NCBI GenBank assembly: GCA_963796275.1
Contig: CAWCKY010000001.1
Coordinates: 608,001-672,000 of the forward strand
Source: an uncultured Acidobacteriota bacterium
GTDB lineage: Bacteria; Acidobacteriota; Blastocatellia; RBC074
Reading direction: 5' to 3'
Length of the DNA stretch: 64,000 bases
The notes beneath the pieces were generated by a model, which saw only the letters and a program-made list of their open reading frames with translations, was not told the origin of the DNA and made no database searches. Both the position numbers and the translations under genes were made by a program. Positions 27,169 to 37,015 of the stretch are shown here, one piece after another (within the stretch, counting starts at the first letter, position 1; every line of letters begins with the position of its first letter).

Positions 27169-29166
27169 ATGGATCTGAACCAAGGAGTTTGCTCTGATCA
27201 AGAAATACTCGACCAAGGGGTGAGTAACAATAGCAATAATGAAAGTTTTGAGCAAGTACTCGCACGGCGCACCTTCATGAAAGGAGCCGCTGTAGCGGCC
27301 GGGATGCTTGTGATCAATCCATCATCGCTGGCTGGGAGCTCGCACGAGAACTTTCCACCGCCAATGACCTTCGTGCCGATCCAGGGTCCCAATGCTGATA
27401 CAGTGACTGTTCCATCCGGTTATGACTCGCAGGTGGTCATTCGCTGGGGCGACCCTCTCTTCCGCGGCGTCCCGGATTTAGACATTGATAATCAAACTCC
27501 GCAATCGCAAGCGCGCCAGTTCGGATATAACTGTGATTTCGTCGGCTTCTTTCCATTCCCGGAGTCATCCAAGAGAGATCATAATCACGATCGTAATGAT
27601 CGCCATGATGATGATGATAGAAAGGGGCGGCGCGATAAGCGCTTGTCGAAAGGTTTGCTGGTGGTTAATCACGAGTATACCGATCCGAGGATGATGTTCC
27701 GTAATTATATAAGCGGCCAGCCGACGCGAGAGCAGGTCGACATCGAGCTTGCGGCGCATGGCGTTACGGTGGTCGAGATCAAATACGGCAAGATCTCGCA
27801 CGTTCCCCGGGTTTATGGGTGGTCATATGAATTCTCTCGCTATAACCGGCGTGTCACTGCTGAAACCGCGATTCTCCTAACCGGTCCGGCCGCCGGGCAC
27901 GACATGCTAAAGACATCCAGCGATCCGACAGGTAGACGCGTTCGCGGCACTCTCAACAATTGCGCCGCCGGGAAGACGCCTTGGGGAACGGTTCTGACGT
28001 GCGAGGAGAACTTCAATCAATATTTCGCCAACAACGCTAATCTTCCGGATGATGATCCGCGCAAGACGATTCACGCGCGCTATGGTTTGACGAGTGGTGC
28101 CAGCGAGCGAGCATGGGAGCAACACCACGATCGCTTCGATATCTCGAAGGAGCCGAACGAGCCTTTCCGCTTCGGTTGGGTCGTAGAGATCGATCCCTTC
28201 GATCCATATTCGATTCCCAAGAAACGGACGGCGTTGGGGCGCACCAAGCACGAAGCGGCGACTGTGGTGATCTCGAAACGCGGCCATGCCGTCGTTTATT
28301 CCGGCGATGACGAACGATTCGACTATATGTACAAATTCATTAGTGAGGAGAAGTACAACGACAGGAATTGCAAAGCGAATTTCGACTTGCTCGATAGGGG
28401 CACGCTCTATGTCGCGAAATTCAATGACGACGGCACAGGCCGGTGGATTCCGCTCGTCGCGGGCCAGGGCGCGCTGGCGGAGTGGTCGCGGGCTGAAATC
28501 TGCATAAATACGCGCGGCGCGGCTGATCTGGTGGGAGCGACCAAGATGGATCGGCCCGAGGACATAGAAACGAATCCGGTCAATGGCAAACTATATTGCG
28601 CGATGACCAACAATACGCAGAGGGGGACTGCCGGCAGGCCGGGCACCGACAATGCCAACCCGCGAGCGAACAACCGTCACGGCCATATAATCGAACTGTC
28701 TGAAAGCGATGACGATTCGGCGGCGGCGACGTTTAACTGGGATATTTTCTGCCTTTGCGGCGATCCGAACAATCCGGCGGATGGAACATTCTTTGCGGGA
28801 TGGCAGGGATTCGTCAGCCCGATCTCTTCACCCGACAATATAACGTTCGATGGCGAAGGCAATTTGTGGATTGCGACCGATGGGCAGCCGGGAACGCTTC
28901 AGAAGGCCGATGGGATTTATGCCGTTCCGGTCGAGGGCCCGCAGCGCGGGTTCCTGCGCCAGTTTCTGAGCTCGCCGAACGCCTCCGAGGTCTGCGGCCC
29001 TGAGTTCACGCCGGACAACCGGACGTTATTCTGCGCGATTCAACATCCGGGTGAAGGAGGCACGATCAACACTCCCGTGAGCATCTGGCCGGACGGCGTT
29101 TCACCCGCGAGGCCGAGCGTAGTTGCGATTCAAAATGACGGCGGCAATCGCGTGATCGGGCGTTAA
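27169..29166 (+). CDS. phoX: PhoX-family alkaline phosphatase, Tat-exported
   Basis: RRTFMKG Tat motif plus GYNCDF, VNHEY, NCAAGKTPWGTVLTCEEN, GRTKHE, MDRPED, PDNI and IQHPG. ORF-track start is 27115; ATG 27169 follows GAGGAG. Confidence 0.93.
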   Translation: MDLNQGVCSDQEILDQGVSNNSNNESFEQVLARRTFMKGAAVAAGMLVINPSSLAGSSHENFPPPMTFVPIQGPNADTVTVPSGYDSQVVIRWGDPLFRGVPDLDIDNQTPQSQARQFGYNCDFVGFFPFPESSKRDHNHDRNDRHDDDDRKGRRDKRLSKGLLVVNHEYTDPRMMFRNYISGQPTREQVDIELAAHGVTVVEIKYGKISHVPRVYGWSYEFSRYNRRVTAETAILLTGPAAGHDMLKTSSDPTGRRVRGTLNNCAAGKTPWGTVLTCEENFNQYFANNANLPDDDPRKTIHARYGLTSGASERAWEQHHDRFDISKEPNEPFRFGWVVEIDPFDPYSIPKKRTALGRTKHEAATVVISKRGHAVVYSGDDERFDYMYKFISEEKYNDRNCKANFDLLDRGTLYVAKFNDDGTGRWIPLVAGQGALAEWSRAEICINTRGAADLVGATKMDRPEDIETNPVNGKLYCAMTNNTQRGTAGRPGTDNANPRANNRHGHIIELSESDDDSAAATFNWDIFCLCGDPNNPADGTFFAGWQGFVSPISSPDNITFDGEGNLWIATDGQPGTLQKADGIYAVPVEGPQRGFLRQFLSSPNASEVCGPEFTPDNRTLFCAIQHPGEGGTINTPVSIWPDGVSPARPSVVAIQNDGGNRVIGR

Positions 29167-29179
29167 AGGAGCCGTGAAT

Positions 29180-29282
29180 GATATAGACGGGATTTACGGG
29201 ATTTTTTCAAGATTCTCAGGATTTAAACCGTTTATCGAAGCTATCCACAAAATCCTAAAAATCCTGACAATCCGTCTATATC
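29180..29282. repeat. Imperfect inverted repeat of GGATT/AATCC units after phoX (terminator/REP-like)
   Basis: GATATAGACGG (29180-29190) pairs with CCGTCTATATC (29272-29282), with repeated GGATTT and AAATCC units inside. Confidence 0.7.
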
Positions 29283-29662
29283 TTCATCTTCTGATACAAT
29301 AACTCTCGCGCTTTCAACAACTTCTTATACCATTTGCTCATTCACCGATTATTACCCCTATATTCAGAATTGTTCTGCATATCGATCCGGCCACAAAGGA
29401 TAAACAGCATTAAAGAAAAATCGGCTAGTCGCGAGAGTCATTTATTGATCGAGTGGAAAATGATATTAAAATCTTATCGGAATAAATCTTTGACCTCCCG
29501 ATCGGTTGGAATATAATTCGCCCTGGTCACCCCTAAACTGATCAGTCGATCCTCACACTCACTAAGCTAAACCTTGCCGTGGGGAAATAGCGCGGATCAG
29601 CAATTATTGTCATTCCTGCGACCAGAAATAGGGGTTCGCATATCCAGTCTCAAGGAGAATCC

Positions 29663-31543
29663 ATGCGCAAGCTTATTTTTCGTCTATTTTTCGTCTCGGC
29701 GGCGCTGAGCGTGATCGCTCTGGTGGTCAGTCATTCCCGGGTCGGGTCCGAATGGGGAATCAAGACAGTCTCAGCGCAGGCGAACACTCGGCTCATACCA
29801 ATAGCCAATGGGCTAACATCACCGCTCTACCTGACCAACGCGCGTGACGGCAGCGGCCGGCTCTTCATCCTCGAGCGACCGGGCAGGATAAGAGTGATAC
29901 GACGCGGGGAGACTGCGCCCATCACGAGTCCGTTTCTCGATATCAGCGCGAAAGTCATCCTGGGCGGGGAACGCGGCCTGCTCGGTCTGGCTTTCCATCC
30001 GCAATACAAGTCCAATCGGCGTTTCTTCGTCAACTACACCCGGATGCCTGACGGCGCAACGGTGATCTCAGAGTTCAAGGTGTCGGCAGCGAATCCATAT
30101 GTCGCCGAGACCGATGAAAAGGTCCTCCTTACGATGCCCCAGCCGTTCGATAACCATAATGGGGGGATGATCGAATTCGGCCCTGACGGTTATCTCTATA
30201 TCGGAATGGGCGACGGCGGCTCGGCCTTCGATCCCGGCAATCGCGCTCAGAACATAGAAGAGCTGCTCGGAAAGATGCTGCGCATCGATGTTGATAACGC
30301 GGACGGTACCGCGCCTTATTCATCGCCCTCGGACAACCCGTTCTTCGGTTCGACTCCCGGTCGCGATGAGATATATGCCGTCGGATTGCGCAATCCGTTT
30401 CGCTGGTCGTTCGATCGATCGACAGGAGAGCTCTATCTCGGTGATGTCGGTCAGAATGTTATCGAAGAGATCGACATCATCGCGCGCGGCGGAAATTACG
30501 GATGGAGGGTGTTCGAGGGGACGCAATGTACCGCGCTCGATCCCTGCGATGCTGGCTCGTTCACTCCGCCGATATATGAATACAATCACACTGGTGGCCG
30601 CTGTTCGGTGACTGGGGGCTACGTCTACCGCGGTTCGCGCGGAACATTTCCTGACGGCAGCTACCTCTTCGGCGATTTCTGCACCGGCGAGATATTCATC
30701 CGCCACAACAATTCGGTGAGCATGCTGCTCGATACCGATATGCTCATTGCGTCATTCGGCGAAGACGAATATGGGGAGATTTATGTGGCCGATTTGCGTG
30801 GAAGCGTATTTCGTCTAGCTACTCCCGGTATGGCGTCAACCGTATCGGCAGCCAGCTTTGCCGGCGGCCAACTCGCGCTCTCGTCCCTGGCCGTCGGGCT
30901 GGGAAGCGGGTTTTCGAACACGACGGAGATAGGATCTAAATCCGAGGGATCGATAATCATGGCAGGGGCGACTGTGACGATCATAGATTGGTTTGGCATA
31001 TCCACGCCGGCCAGGATCTTTAGCGTATCGCCGACTCAGATTGCCCACGAAATCCCACCGAATGCAGGGATGGGTCCTGCGACAGTCCTTTATACCAATA
31101 TGATAACCGGTGAGGTCTCCACCAGCCATATCGATATATCCAACGTCTCACCCGGGATAATGAGCGCAGATGGGAGTGGGACTTGGATCGCAAATGCTTC
31201 AGTGGATCGTCTGAGTTTTGACCGCCCATCGACTATCGAGCCGGTTTTCGGAATCATTAAAGGCCAGATCGTGCCCATCCCGATCGATGTTTCATCTGAT
31301 AGAGAGCTTGTTTTTCTCAATATCGCCTGCACCGGGATTCGCTTCGGACCATTTACCAGCGTTTCAGTGACGATCGGAGGAACTCCGGTTTCGGTCTTCT
31401 CCGCTGGCCCTATGGGCACTAGTATAGGCCTCGATCGATTGTTTGTTCTTTTGCCGCAAAGTCTGGAAGGGCTCGGTCTGGCTGATGTCGTTCTCACTGT
31501 GGGCGGACGAACGTCGAACACGGTGCAACTCAGTATTAAATGA
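29663..31543 (+). CDS. PQQ-dependent glucose/sorbosone dehydrogenase-family protein with TIGR03437-like C-terminal domain
   Basis: Signal peptide, GERGLLGLAFHP, NHNGG..FGPDG.LYIG.GDGG and GLRNP. C-terminus TVSAASF...VVLTVGGRTSNTVQLSIK. Confidence 0.88.
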   Translation: MRKLIFRLFFVSAALSVIALVVSHSRVGSEWGIKTVSAQANTRLIPIANGLTSPLYLTNARDGSGRLFILERPGRIRVIRRGETAPITSPFLDISAKVILGGERGLLGLAFHPQYKSNRRFFVNYTRMPDGATVISEFKVSAANPYVAETDEKVLLTMPQPFDNHNGGMIEFGPDGYLYIGMGDGGSAFDPGNRAQNIEELLGKMLRIDVDNADGTAPYSSPSDNPFFGSTPGRDEIYAVGLRNPFRWSFDRSTGELYLGDVGQNVIEEIDIIARGGNYGWRVFEGTQCTALDPCDAGSFTPPIYEYNHTGGRCSVTGGYVYRGSRGTFPDGSYLFGDFCTGEIFIRHNNSVSMLLDTDMLIASFGEDEYGEIYVADLRGSVFRLATPGMASTVSAASFAGGQLALSSLAVGLGSGFSNTTEIGSKSEGSIIMAGATVTIIDWFGISTPARIFSVSPTQIAHEIPPNAGMGPATVLYTNMITGEVSTSHIDISNVSPGIMSADGSGTWIANASVDRLSFDRPSTIEPVFGIIKGQIVPIPIDVSSDRELVFLNIACTGIRFGPFTSVSVTIGGTPVSVFSAGPMGTSIGLDRLFVLLPQSLEGLGLADVVLTVGGRTSNTVQLSIK

Positions 31544-31706
31544 ATGTGCAGCGATCCCATGCTATAATTTTTAGTTTGAATCGTTAGATCACTTGAATTC
31601 ATGAGATGCTTCATAGAATGCATAGAAGTGCATAGAAGCGATGAAAATACAGGCGGGATTTACAGTATCTAGGTAAATCCCGTCTGAGTTTCTTGGGAGA
31701 GGAATT

Positions 31707-33176
31707 GTGAAGGAAGGTTGGGAGGCCGTCATCGGCCTGGAAGTTCACGCGCAACTCAAGACTGATTCAAAGATCTTCTGCGGTTGTTCGACTTCGTTCG
31801 GAGACGAGCCCAATAAAAACACGTGTCCGGTTTGCCTCGGCTTGCCTGGCGCACTGCCGGTGCTCAATCGACAGGCAGTCAATTACGCCGGTAAAGCTGC
31901 GCTCGCGCTCAATCTGGCGATCAATACCGATTCAATCTTCGCGCGCAAAAATTATTTTTATCCCGATCTGCCGAAGGGCTATCAGATATCTCAGTTTAAC
32001 CGGCCTTTTTCGGAGCACGGTCATGTCGAGATAATGACCAGCGAGCGTGACGATGGCGGGCGTCCCGTTGAATGGATTCTCAAGCGTTTCGGCATAACGC
32101 GTGCGCATATCGAGGAAGACGCCGGCAAGTCGGTGCACGACATGGGCGACCCCACCAAGTCTTACGTCAATCTCAATCGCTCGGGCACTCCGCTGCTCGA
32201 GATCGTCAGCGAGCCCGATTTCCGTTCCAGCTGGGAGGCATACGATTACGTCAACTTCCTGCGCCGCACGCTGCAATATATCGGCGTCTGTGACGGGAAT
32301 ATGGAAGAAGGCAATTTGCGCTGCGACGCAAACGTGTCGGTCAGGCGAACTGGCGAGGCGAAACTCGGCACGAAGGCCGAGATCAAAAACGTCAATTCGC
32401 TGCGCTTTCTGCAGAAGGCGATCGAGTACGAGGTCGATAGACAAATCGCGGTGCTCGAAATGGGGGGCAGAATCGTGCAGGAGACTCGTTTGTGGAACGA
32501 GAAGGAGAACAAGACCTACACGATGCGATCGAAGGAGGATGCGCACGATTACCGCTATTTCCCCGAGCCAGACCTGCCGCCGCTCGAAGTGAGCGAGGCG
32601 TGGATCGAACATTTGCGCGGAGAGTTGCCCGAACTTCCCGAGGCCCGGCGGCAACGCTTCATTCGCGAATATGCCCTGACTGCCGACGAGGCCTTCACTC
32701 TCACCAGCCAGCGCGAATTGGCGATTTATTTCGAGGCCGCCGCACAAGCTGCGAATAACGCTCGCTCGGCGGCCAATTGGGTATTGTCCGAATTGCTGCG
32801 TGAACTGAAGAACGCCGGCATTGAGATCGACTCGTGCCGGATCAAAGCGGAAGATATGGGCGCGCTGATCCGCTTGATCGATGACAAGACCATTTCGGGT
32901 AAGATTGCTAAGGACGTATTCGCTGAAATGTTTGCGACCGGAAATGCCCCGGCCTTTATAGTCAAAGAGAGAGGCCTGGTGCAGATCACCGATACATCGG
33001 CTATTGAAAAGATCGTCGATGAAGTCATAGCGGCAAATCCGGCGGAGCTCAAGCAATATCGTTCGGGCAAGACGGCGCTGCTCGGGTTTTTTGTGGGCCG
33101 AGTGATCAAAGCGAGCGGAGGCAAAGCCAATCCGCAAGCGGTCAATGATATTTTGAAAAAGAGGTTGGAAAGCTGA
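31707..33176 (+). CDS. gatB: Asp-tRNA(Asn)/Glu-tRNA(Gln) amidotransferase subunit B
   Basis: IGLEVHAQL, RKNYFYPDLPKGYQISQ, HIEEDAGKS and DYRYFPEPDL motifs. Confidence 0.98.
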   Translation: MKEGWEAVIGLEVHAQLKTDSKIFCGCSTSFGDEPNKNTCPVCLGLPGALPVLNRQAVNYAGKAALALNLAINTDSIFARKNYFYPDLPKGYQISQFNRPFSEHGHVEIMTSERDDGGRPVEWILKRFGITRAHIEEDAGKSVHDMGDPTKSYVNLNRSGTPLLEIVSEPDFRSSWEAYDYVNFLRRTLQYIGVCDGNMEEGNLRCDANVSVRRTGEAKLGTKAEIKNVNSLRFLQKAIEYEVDRQIAVLEMGGRIVQETRLWNEKENKTYTMRSKEDAHDYRYFPEPDLPPLEVSEAWIEHLRGELPELPEARRQRFIREYALTADEAFTLTSQRELAIYFEAAAQAANNARSAANWVLSELLRELKNAGIEIDSCRIKAEDMGALIRLIDDKTISGKIAKDVFAEMFATGNAPAFIVKERGLVQITDTSAIEKIVDEVIAANPAELKQYRSGKTALLGFFVGRVIKASGGKANPQAVNDILKKRLES

Positions 33177-33800
33177 ATGATCAAGTCCTTTACCAAAACA
33201 TTTTCGACTTACTCAATCCTTGGTTTATTTTTGTTTTCAGGCATTGTCGCTTTGTCTTGTAAATCGACGCCGGAGTCTGCGGAGAACACCGCTCTGACAT
33301 CGAGTCTGGCAGGAAAGGTCGCCGTGATCGAGACGGATTACGGCAACATCAAGATAAAGTTCGCTCCGGAAATTGCGCCAAAGCATGTTGAACACTTCAT
33401 CAAGCTTACGAGCGAGGGCTTTTATGATGGCCTCGCATTCCATCGTGCCGATCCCGGATTGCTCATTCAGGGTGGTGATCCGCAGACGCGTAACGGCGAT
33501 CCCAGCATGTGGGGGATGGGGATACCCGGGCAAGAGACCGTGCCGGCAGAATTCAGCTCAAAGCCTTACGTGCGCGGCACAGTTGGGATGGCGCGTACGA
33601 CTGAAGTCAACACCGCTACCAGTCAATTCTTCATCTGCCTGAGGGATATGCCGATGTGGAATGGCCAATATACGGTATTCGGTGATGTGATCGAGGGGAT
33701 CGATATAGTGGATCGTATCTCGAGATTGCCGACGAGCGATCCCAGTTTAGGAAAATTGCTTGAAAAAGTCGTGATAAAGAAAGTCTCTATAGAAAACTGA
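33177..33800 (+). CDS. Cyclophilin-type peptidyl-prolyl isomerase, probable lipoprotein
   Basis: ALSC lipobox-like motif, FYDGLAFHR, IQGGDP, SQFFI and YTVFG. Confidence 0.92.
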   Translation: MIKSFTKTFSTYSILGLFLFSGIVALSCKSTPESAENTALTSSLAGKVAVIETDYGNIKIKFAPEIAPKHVEHFIKLTSEGFYDGLAFHRADPGLLIQGGDPQTRNGDPSMWGMGIPGQETVPAEFSSKPYVRGTVGMARTTEVNTATSQFFICLRDMPMWNGQYTVFGDVIEGIDIVDRISRLPTSDPSLGKLLEKVVIKKVSIEN

Positions 33801-33949
33801 ATTTCCGTTTGATCGTTCAACCAATAGTTTCCGCCAATACACTTCACCAGAACCTATCAGAGAAATGGGTTGCTGATCATCCGCCCACTTCGAGAACCTC
33901 GATGCCCGAAAAAGATGGTAGAGACAACGGCGATTAACCCAAGAGAGCG

Positions 33950-35176
33950 ATGAATTTTTTAGAATCACTGAAACTGGCGATCGATGCGATCTGGGCGCAC
34001 AAACTGCGCTCATTTTTGACTTTGCTCGGTGTGATCTTCGGAGTGGCGACGGTCATCGTCGTCGTCTCATTGATAGAGGGCTTCAACAAATATGTCGATG
34101 AAAAGATAGCGAATATCGGAACCAATGCTTTCAGCATACAGAAGTTTTCGATTGAGGATTTTGCGAGCCTCCAGGCGTACGAGAATGCGCGTCGGAGGAA
34201 CAAGGATGTAATTCTGGATGACCTCCTCGCCTTGCGGGCGAGCGCCGGGTACATAAAAGAGGTCGGCGCGCAGGAGCAGCAGGAGTGTGAATTGAAGCAT
34301 GGCACAGGTGTGCTTCAGGGCGTCAGCCTGCTCGCCATTACGGGGAACATGATCGACATCCAGAACAAGGACATAGCGGAAGGCCGATCATTCACGCCCG
34401 CGGAAGAGTCGGCATATCGTACCGTCTGTTTCATCGGCGCGGATGTCGCCGAACGGTTCTTTCCGACGAAGAGCCCCATAGGCGAGAAGATCAAGATCGA
34501 CGGGCGGTCTTTCGAGGTACTAGGGGTTGCAGATGCGACGGGGTCGGTCTTCGGACAATCGCGCGACAAGTTCGTCTCAATACCGCTCACGACTTTTATG
34601 AACATTTACGGTTCGCGCCGCTCGATCCAGCTCTTCGTGAGCTCGACGAGCGAAGCGACCTACCTCGATGCTCTCGATGAAGCGCGCGTCGTGATGCGGA
34701 CCCGGCGTAAACTGGCGCCCAGCGAGAAGGACAATTTCGGTGTAATAACGCCGAGCGCGATCAATAACCTGCGCGAGAATATATTCGGCACAATCCAGAC
34801 GGTCGCCATTGGTGTCACATCGATCGCGCTGGTCGTCGGCGGTATCGTCATTATGAATATTATGCTGGTGAGCGTGACTGAGCGGACCAAGGAGATAGGG
34901 ATTCGCAAGAGTCTGGGGGCGCGTCGGTCCGACATCATCCGGCAATTTCTGGCGGAATCGACGACGCTCGCCCTGGTCGGCGGCGCAATCGGCGTCACTA
35001 TCGCTTATGCAATCAGCAAGCTAGTGTCCGCGCTGACGGAGGTTCCTACCGCCTTGCCATTGATCGCAGTTGCGGTAGCATTGTTCGTGTCAGGAAGCGT
35101 CGGCTTGATTGCCGGCGTCTATCCGGCGTGGAGGGCCGCGCGGCTCGATCCGATCGTAGCCCTGCGGGCCGACTGA
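33950..35176 (+). CDS. ABC transporter permease, MacB family
   Basis: HKLRSFLTLLG, GIVIMNIMLVSVTERTKEIGIRK and AARLDPIVALR motifs. Confidence 0.93.
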   Translation: MNFLESLKLAIDAIWAHKLRSFLTLLGVIFGVATVIVVVSLIEGFNKYVDEKIANIGTNAFSIQKFSIEDFASLQAYENARRRNKDVILDDLLALRASAGYIKEVGAQEQQECELKHGTGVLQGVSLLAITGNMIDIQNKDIAEGRSFTPAEESAYRTVCFIGADVAERFFPTKSPIGEKIKIDGRSFEVLGVADATGSVFGQSRDKFVSIPLTTFMNIYGSRRSIQLFVSSTSEATYLDALDEARVVMRTRRKLAPSEKDNFGVITPSAINNLRENIFGTIQTVAIGVTSIALVVGGIVIMNIMLVSVTERTKEIGIRKSLGARRSDIIRQFLAESTTLALVGGAIGVTIAYAISKLVSALTEVPTALPLIAVAVALFVSGSVGLIAGVYPAWRAARLDPIVALRAD

Positions 35177-35226
35177 GGCTTCAAATTCGAGATTCACATC
35201 TGTGTGAATCTGCGGACATTTTTCTT

Positions 35227-35637
35227 ATGAAAAATCGACCGAAGCGCGTACCATTCAACTTCGTTATTGAAGAGCTGGCATCGCTCGATCCGGTCGTTAA
35301 GCCAATGTTCGGCTGTTTCTCGGTCTATCTTGGGGATAAAATAGTCTTTTTTCTCTATAACCTTGAGAAACAAACTTATCGGAAAGGCGTCTGGGTAGCT
35401 ACAAAACCTGAACACTACATTAGCCTCGCTCAGGAGTTTTCATCGACGCGTTCTGTCGAGAACCCGAAGATCGGTAAATCGCCGTGGCTTCTTCTTCCGG
35501 CTGCCGCGGTGGATTTCGAAGAGCAGGCTTTGCGGGCTTGTGAATTGATCTTGATGGGCGACCCGAGGATCGGAAGAGCTACGAAAATGAAGAGAATGAA
35601 ACCCGCTAAAAACAGAGAGGGAAATACCGGAAAATAA
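35227..35637 (+). CDS. TfoX N-terminal-like hypothetical protein
   Basis: KPMFGCFSVYLGDKI and a C-terminal GDPRIGR. ATG at 35227. Confidence 0.65.
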   Translation: MKNRPKRVPFNFVIEELASLDPVVKPMFGCFSVYLGDKIVFFLYNLEKQTYRKGVWVATKPEHYISLAQEFSSTRSVENPKIGKSPWLLLPAAAVDFEEQALRACELILMGDPRIGRATKMKRMKPAKNREGNTGK

Positions 35638-35665
35638 GGCCTGCTGTAGAACGCTAGCTAAAGTT

Positions 35666-36928
35666 ATGAATCGTAATGATCTTCGTGAAAATATATTGAT
35701 GGCGCTCGACACGTTATGGGCGCACAAGCTTCGTTCATTCCTGACCATTCTCGGCGTGGTCGTGGGAACGATGACGGTTATTGTGATTGCCGCTTTTGTT
35801 TCCGGCATCGATTCACGCGTGGCGGGGGAGATCGAATCGTTCGGGACGAACTCGATTTATGTCTTCAAATTCGAGCCCGGGTTCAATTTTAATCCATCGG
35901 CGGAAGAGCGTATGCGGAAACCGATGAGCGCAGATGATGCCATTGCCATCGGCGAAGAGTGTCCATCCGTCGTCAACGTCACGGCGTTTATGTCACCGGT
36001 CGATTTCCTGCAAGGTCCCATGGCCGAACGCATCAAGATCCGTTACCAGGATACCGAAATGATCAATGCGACTGTACAGGGCCTTTTCCCATCTTACTTC
36101 CGCATGGGAGTGAGCGAAGTCATCGAGGGCCGATCGTTCACTGAAGGGGAGAATACCGCGCGCGCTGATGTCTGCGTCATCGGCCGCGATGTGGCGAACA
36201 CGCTCTTTCCGAATATCAATGCGCTCGAAAAAGAGATCATAATCAATGGCCGTAGCTATCGAGTGATCGGTGTGCTCAAAGAGCGGGACAACTTCATCAC
36301 TCCGGCTGAAGACCCGGGAAATGAGAACAAAGCGGTTTATATTCCTTATGAGTCAATCCGGAAGGTCTATCCGAATGTGAAGGAGAATTTCGTCATGGCG
36401 CAGGCGGCTCCGGGCAAGCTCGATGATGCCGTAGATGAAATAAGGCATCTACTTCGTAAGCGGCGTAATGTCTCTTACAATCAGCCCGACAATTTCGGTA
36501 TTCAGACATCAGAAGGTATCGTCCAGCAGTTCAAAGCGATCACGGGCGGCGTCTTTCTTTTGATGGTAGCGATCTCGAGCGTCGGATTGCTGATCGGCGG
36601 GATCGGCGTCATGAACATTATGCTGGTGAGCGTGACCGAACGGACCAAGGAGATCGGCGTACGAAAAGCAATCGGAGCCAAAAGGCGCGATATCATATTG
36701 CAATTTCTGGTAGAAGCCGCGACACTGACTGGGCTTGGGGGTATCATCGGCATTCTGCTTGGCTGGGTCGTCGCTGAAATAATCAAATTGGTTTTACCGA
36801 CATTTGTACCGCTCTGGGCGCCGATCGTCGGGTTCGGCGTTTCTGTGGGACTAGGCATTGGTTTTGGATTATGGCCGGCATGGAAGGCCGCGCGGCTCGA
36901 TCCGATCGAAGCATTGCGCTATGAGTGA
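35666..36928 (+). CDS. ABC transporter permease, MacB family
   Basis: HKLRSFLTILG, GIGVMNIMLVSVTERTKEIGVRK and AARLDPIEALRYE motifs. Confidence 0.93.
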   Translation: MNRNDLRENILMALDTLWAHKLRSFLTILGVVVGTMTVIVIAAFVSGIDSRVAGEIESFGTNSIYVFKFEPGFNFNPSAEERMRKPMSADDAIAIGEECPSVVNVTAFMSPVDFLQGPMAERIKIRYQDTEMINATVQGLFPSYFRMGVSEVIEGRSFTEGENTARADVCVIGRDVANTLFPNINALEKEIIINGRSYRVIGVLKERDNFITPAEDPGNENKAVYIPYESIRKVYPNVKENFVMAQAAPGKLDDAVDEIRHLLRKRRNVSYNQPDNFGIQTSEGIVQQFKAITGGVFLLMVAISSVGLLIGGIGVMNIMLVSVTERTKEIGVRKAIGAKRRDIILQFLVEAATLTGLGGIIGILLGWVVAEIIKLVLPTFVPLWAPIVGFGVSVGLGIGFGLWPAWKAARLDPIEALRYE

Positions 36929-37015
36929 AAAGGGAAGCAAGAAGTGAAAAGGGCTAAGAGCCAGAATACCCGACCTTTTTTGCCGTTCTTGTTTCCAGAA
37001 TGGAATTGCATCGAG

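Noticed and set aside
27565-27640. His/Asp-rich insertion in PhoX as a separate metal-binding module
   Set aside because: Low-complexity loop in a variable region. Nothing in the sequence supports a function.
31932-33137. Long antisense or alternative-frame ORFs (e.g. 31932-33137, 45480-46745, 12479-13243, 63634-63963)
   Set aside because: They are shadows of well-supported genes on the opposite strand in GC3-rich coding DNA and have no motifs.
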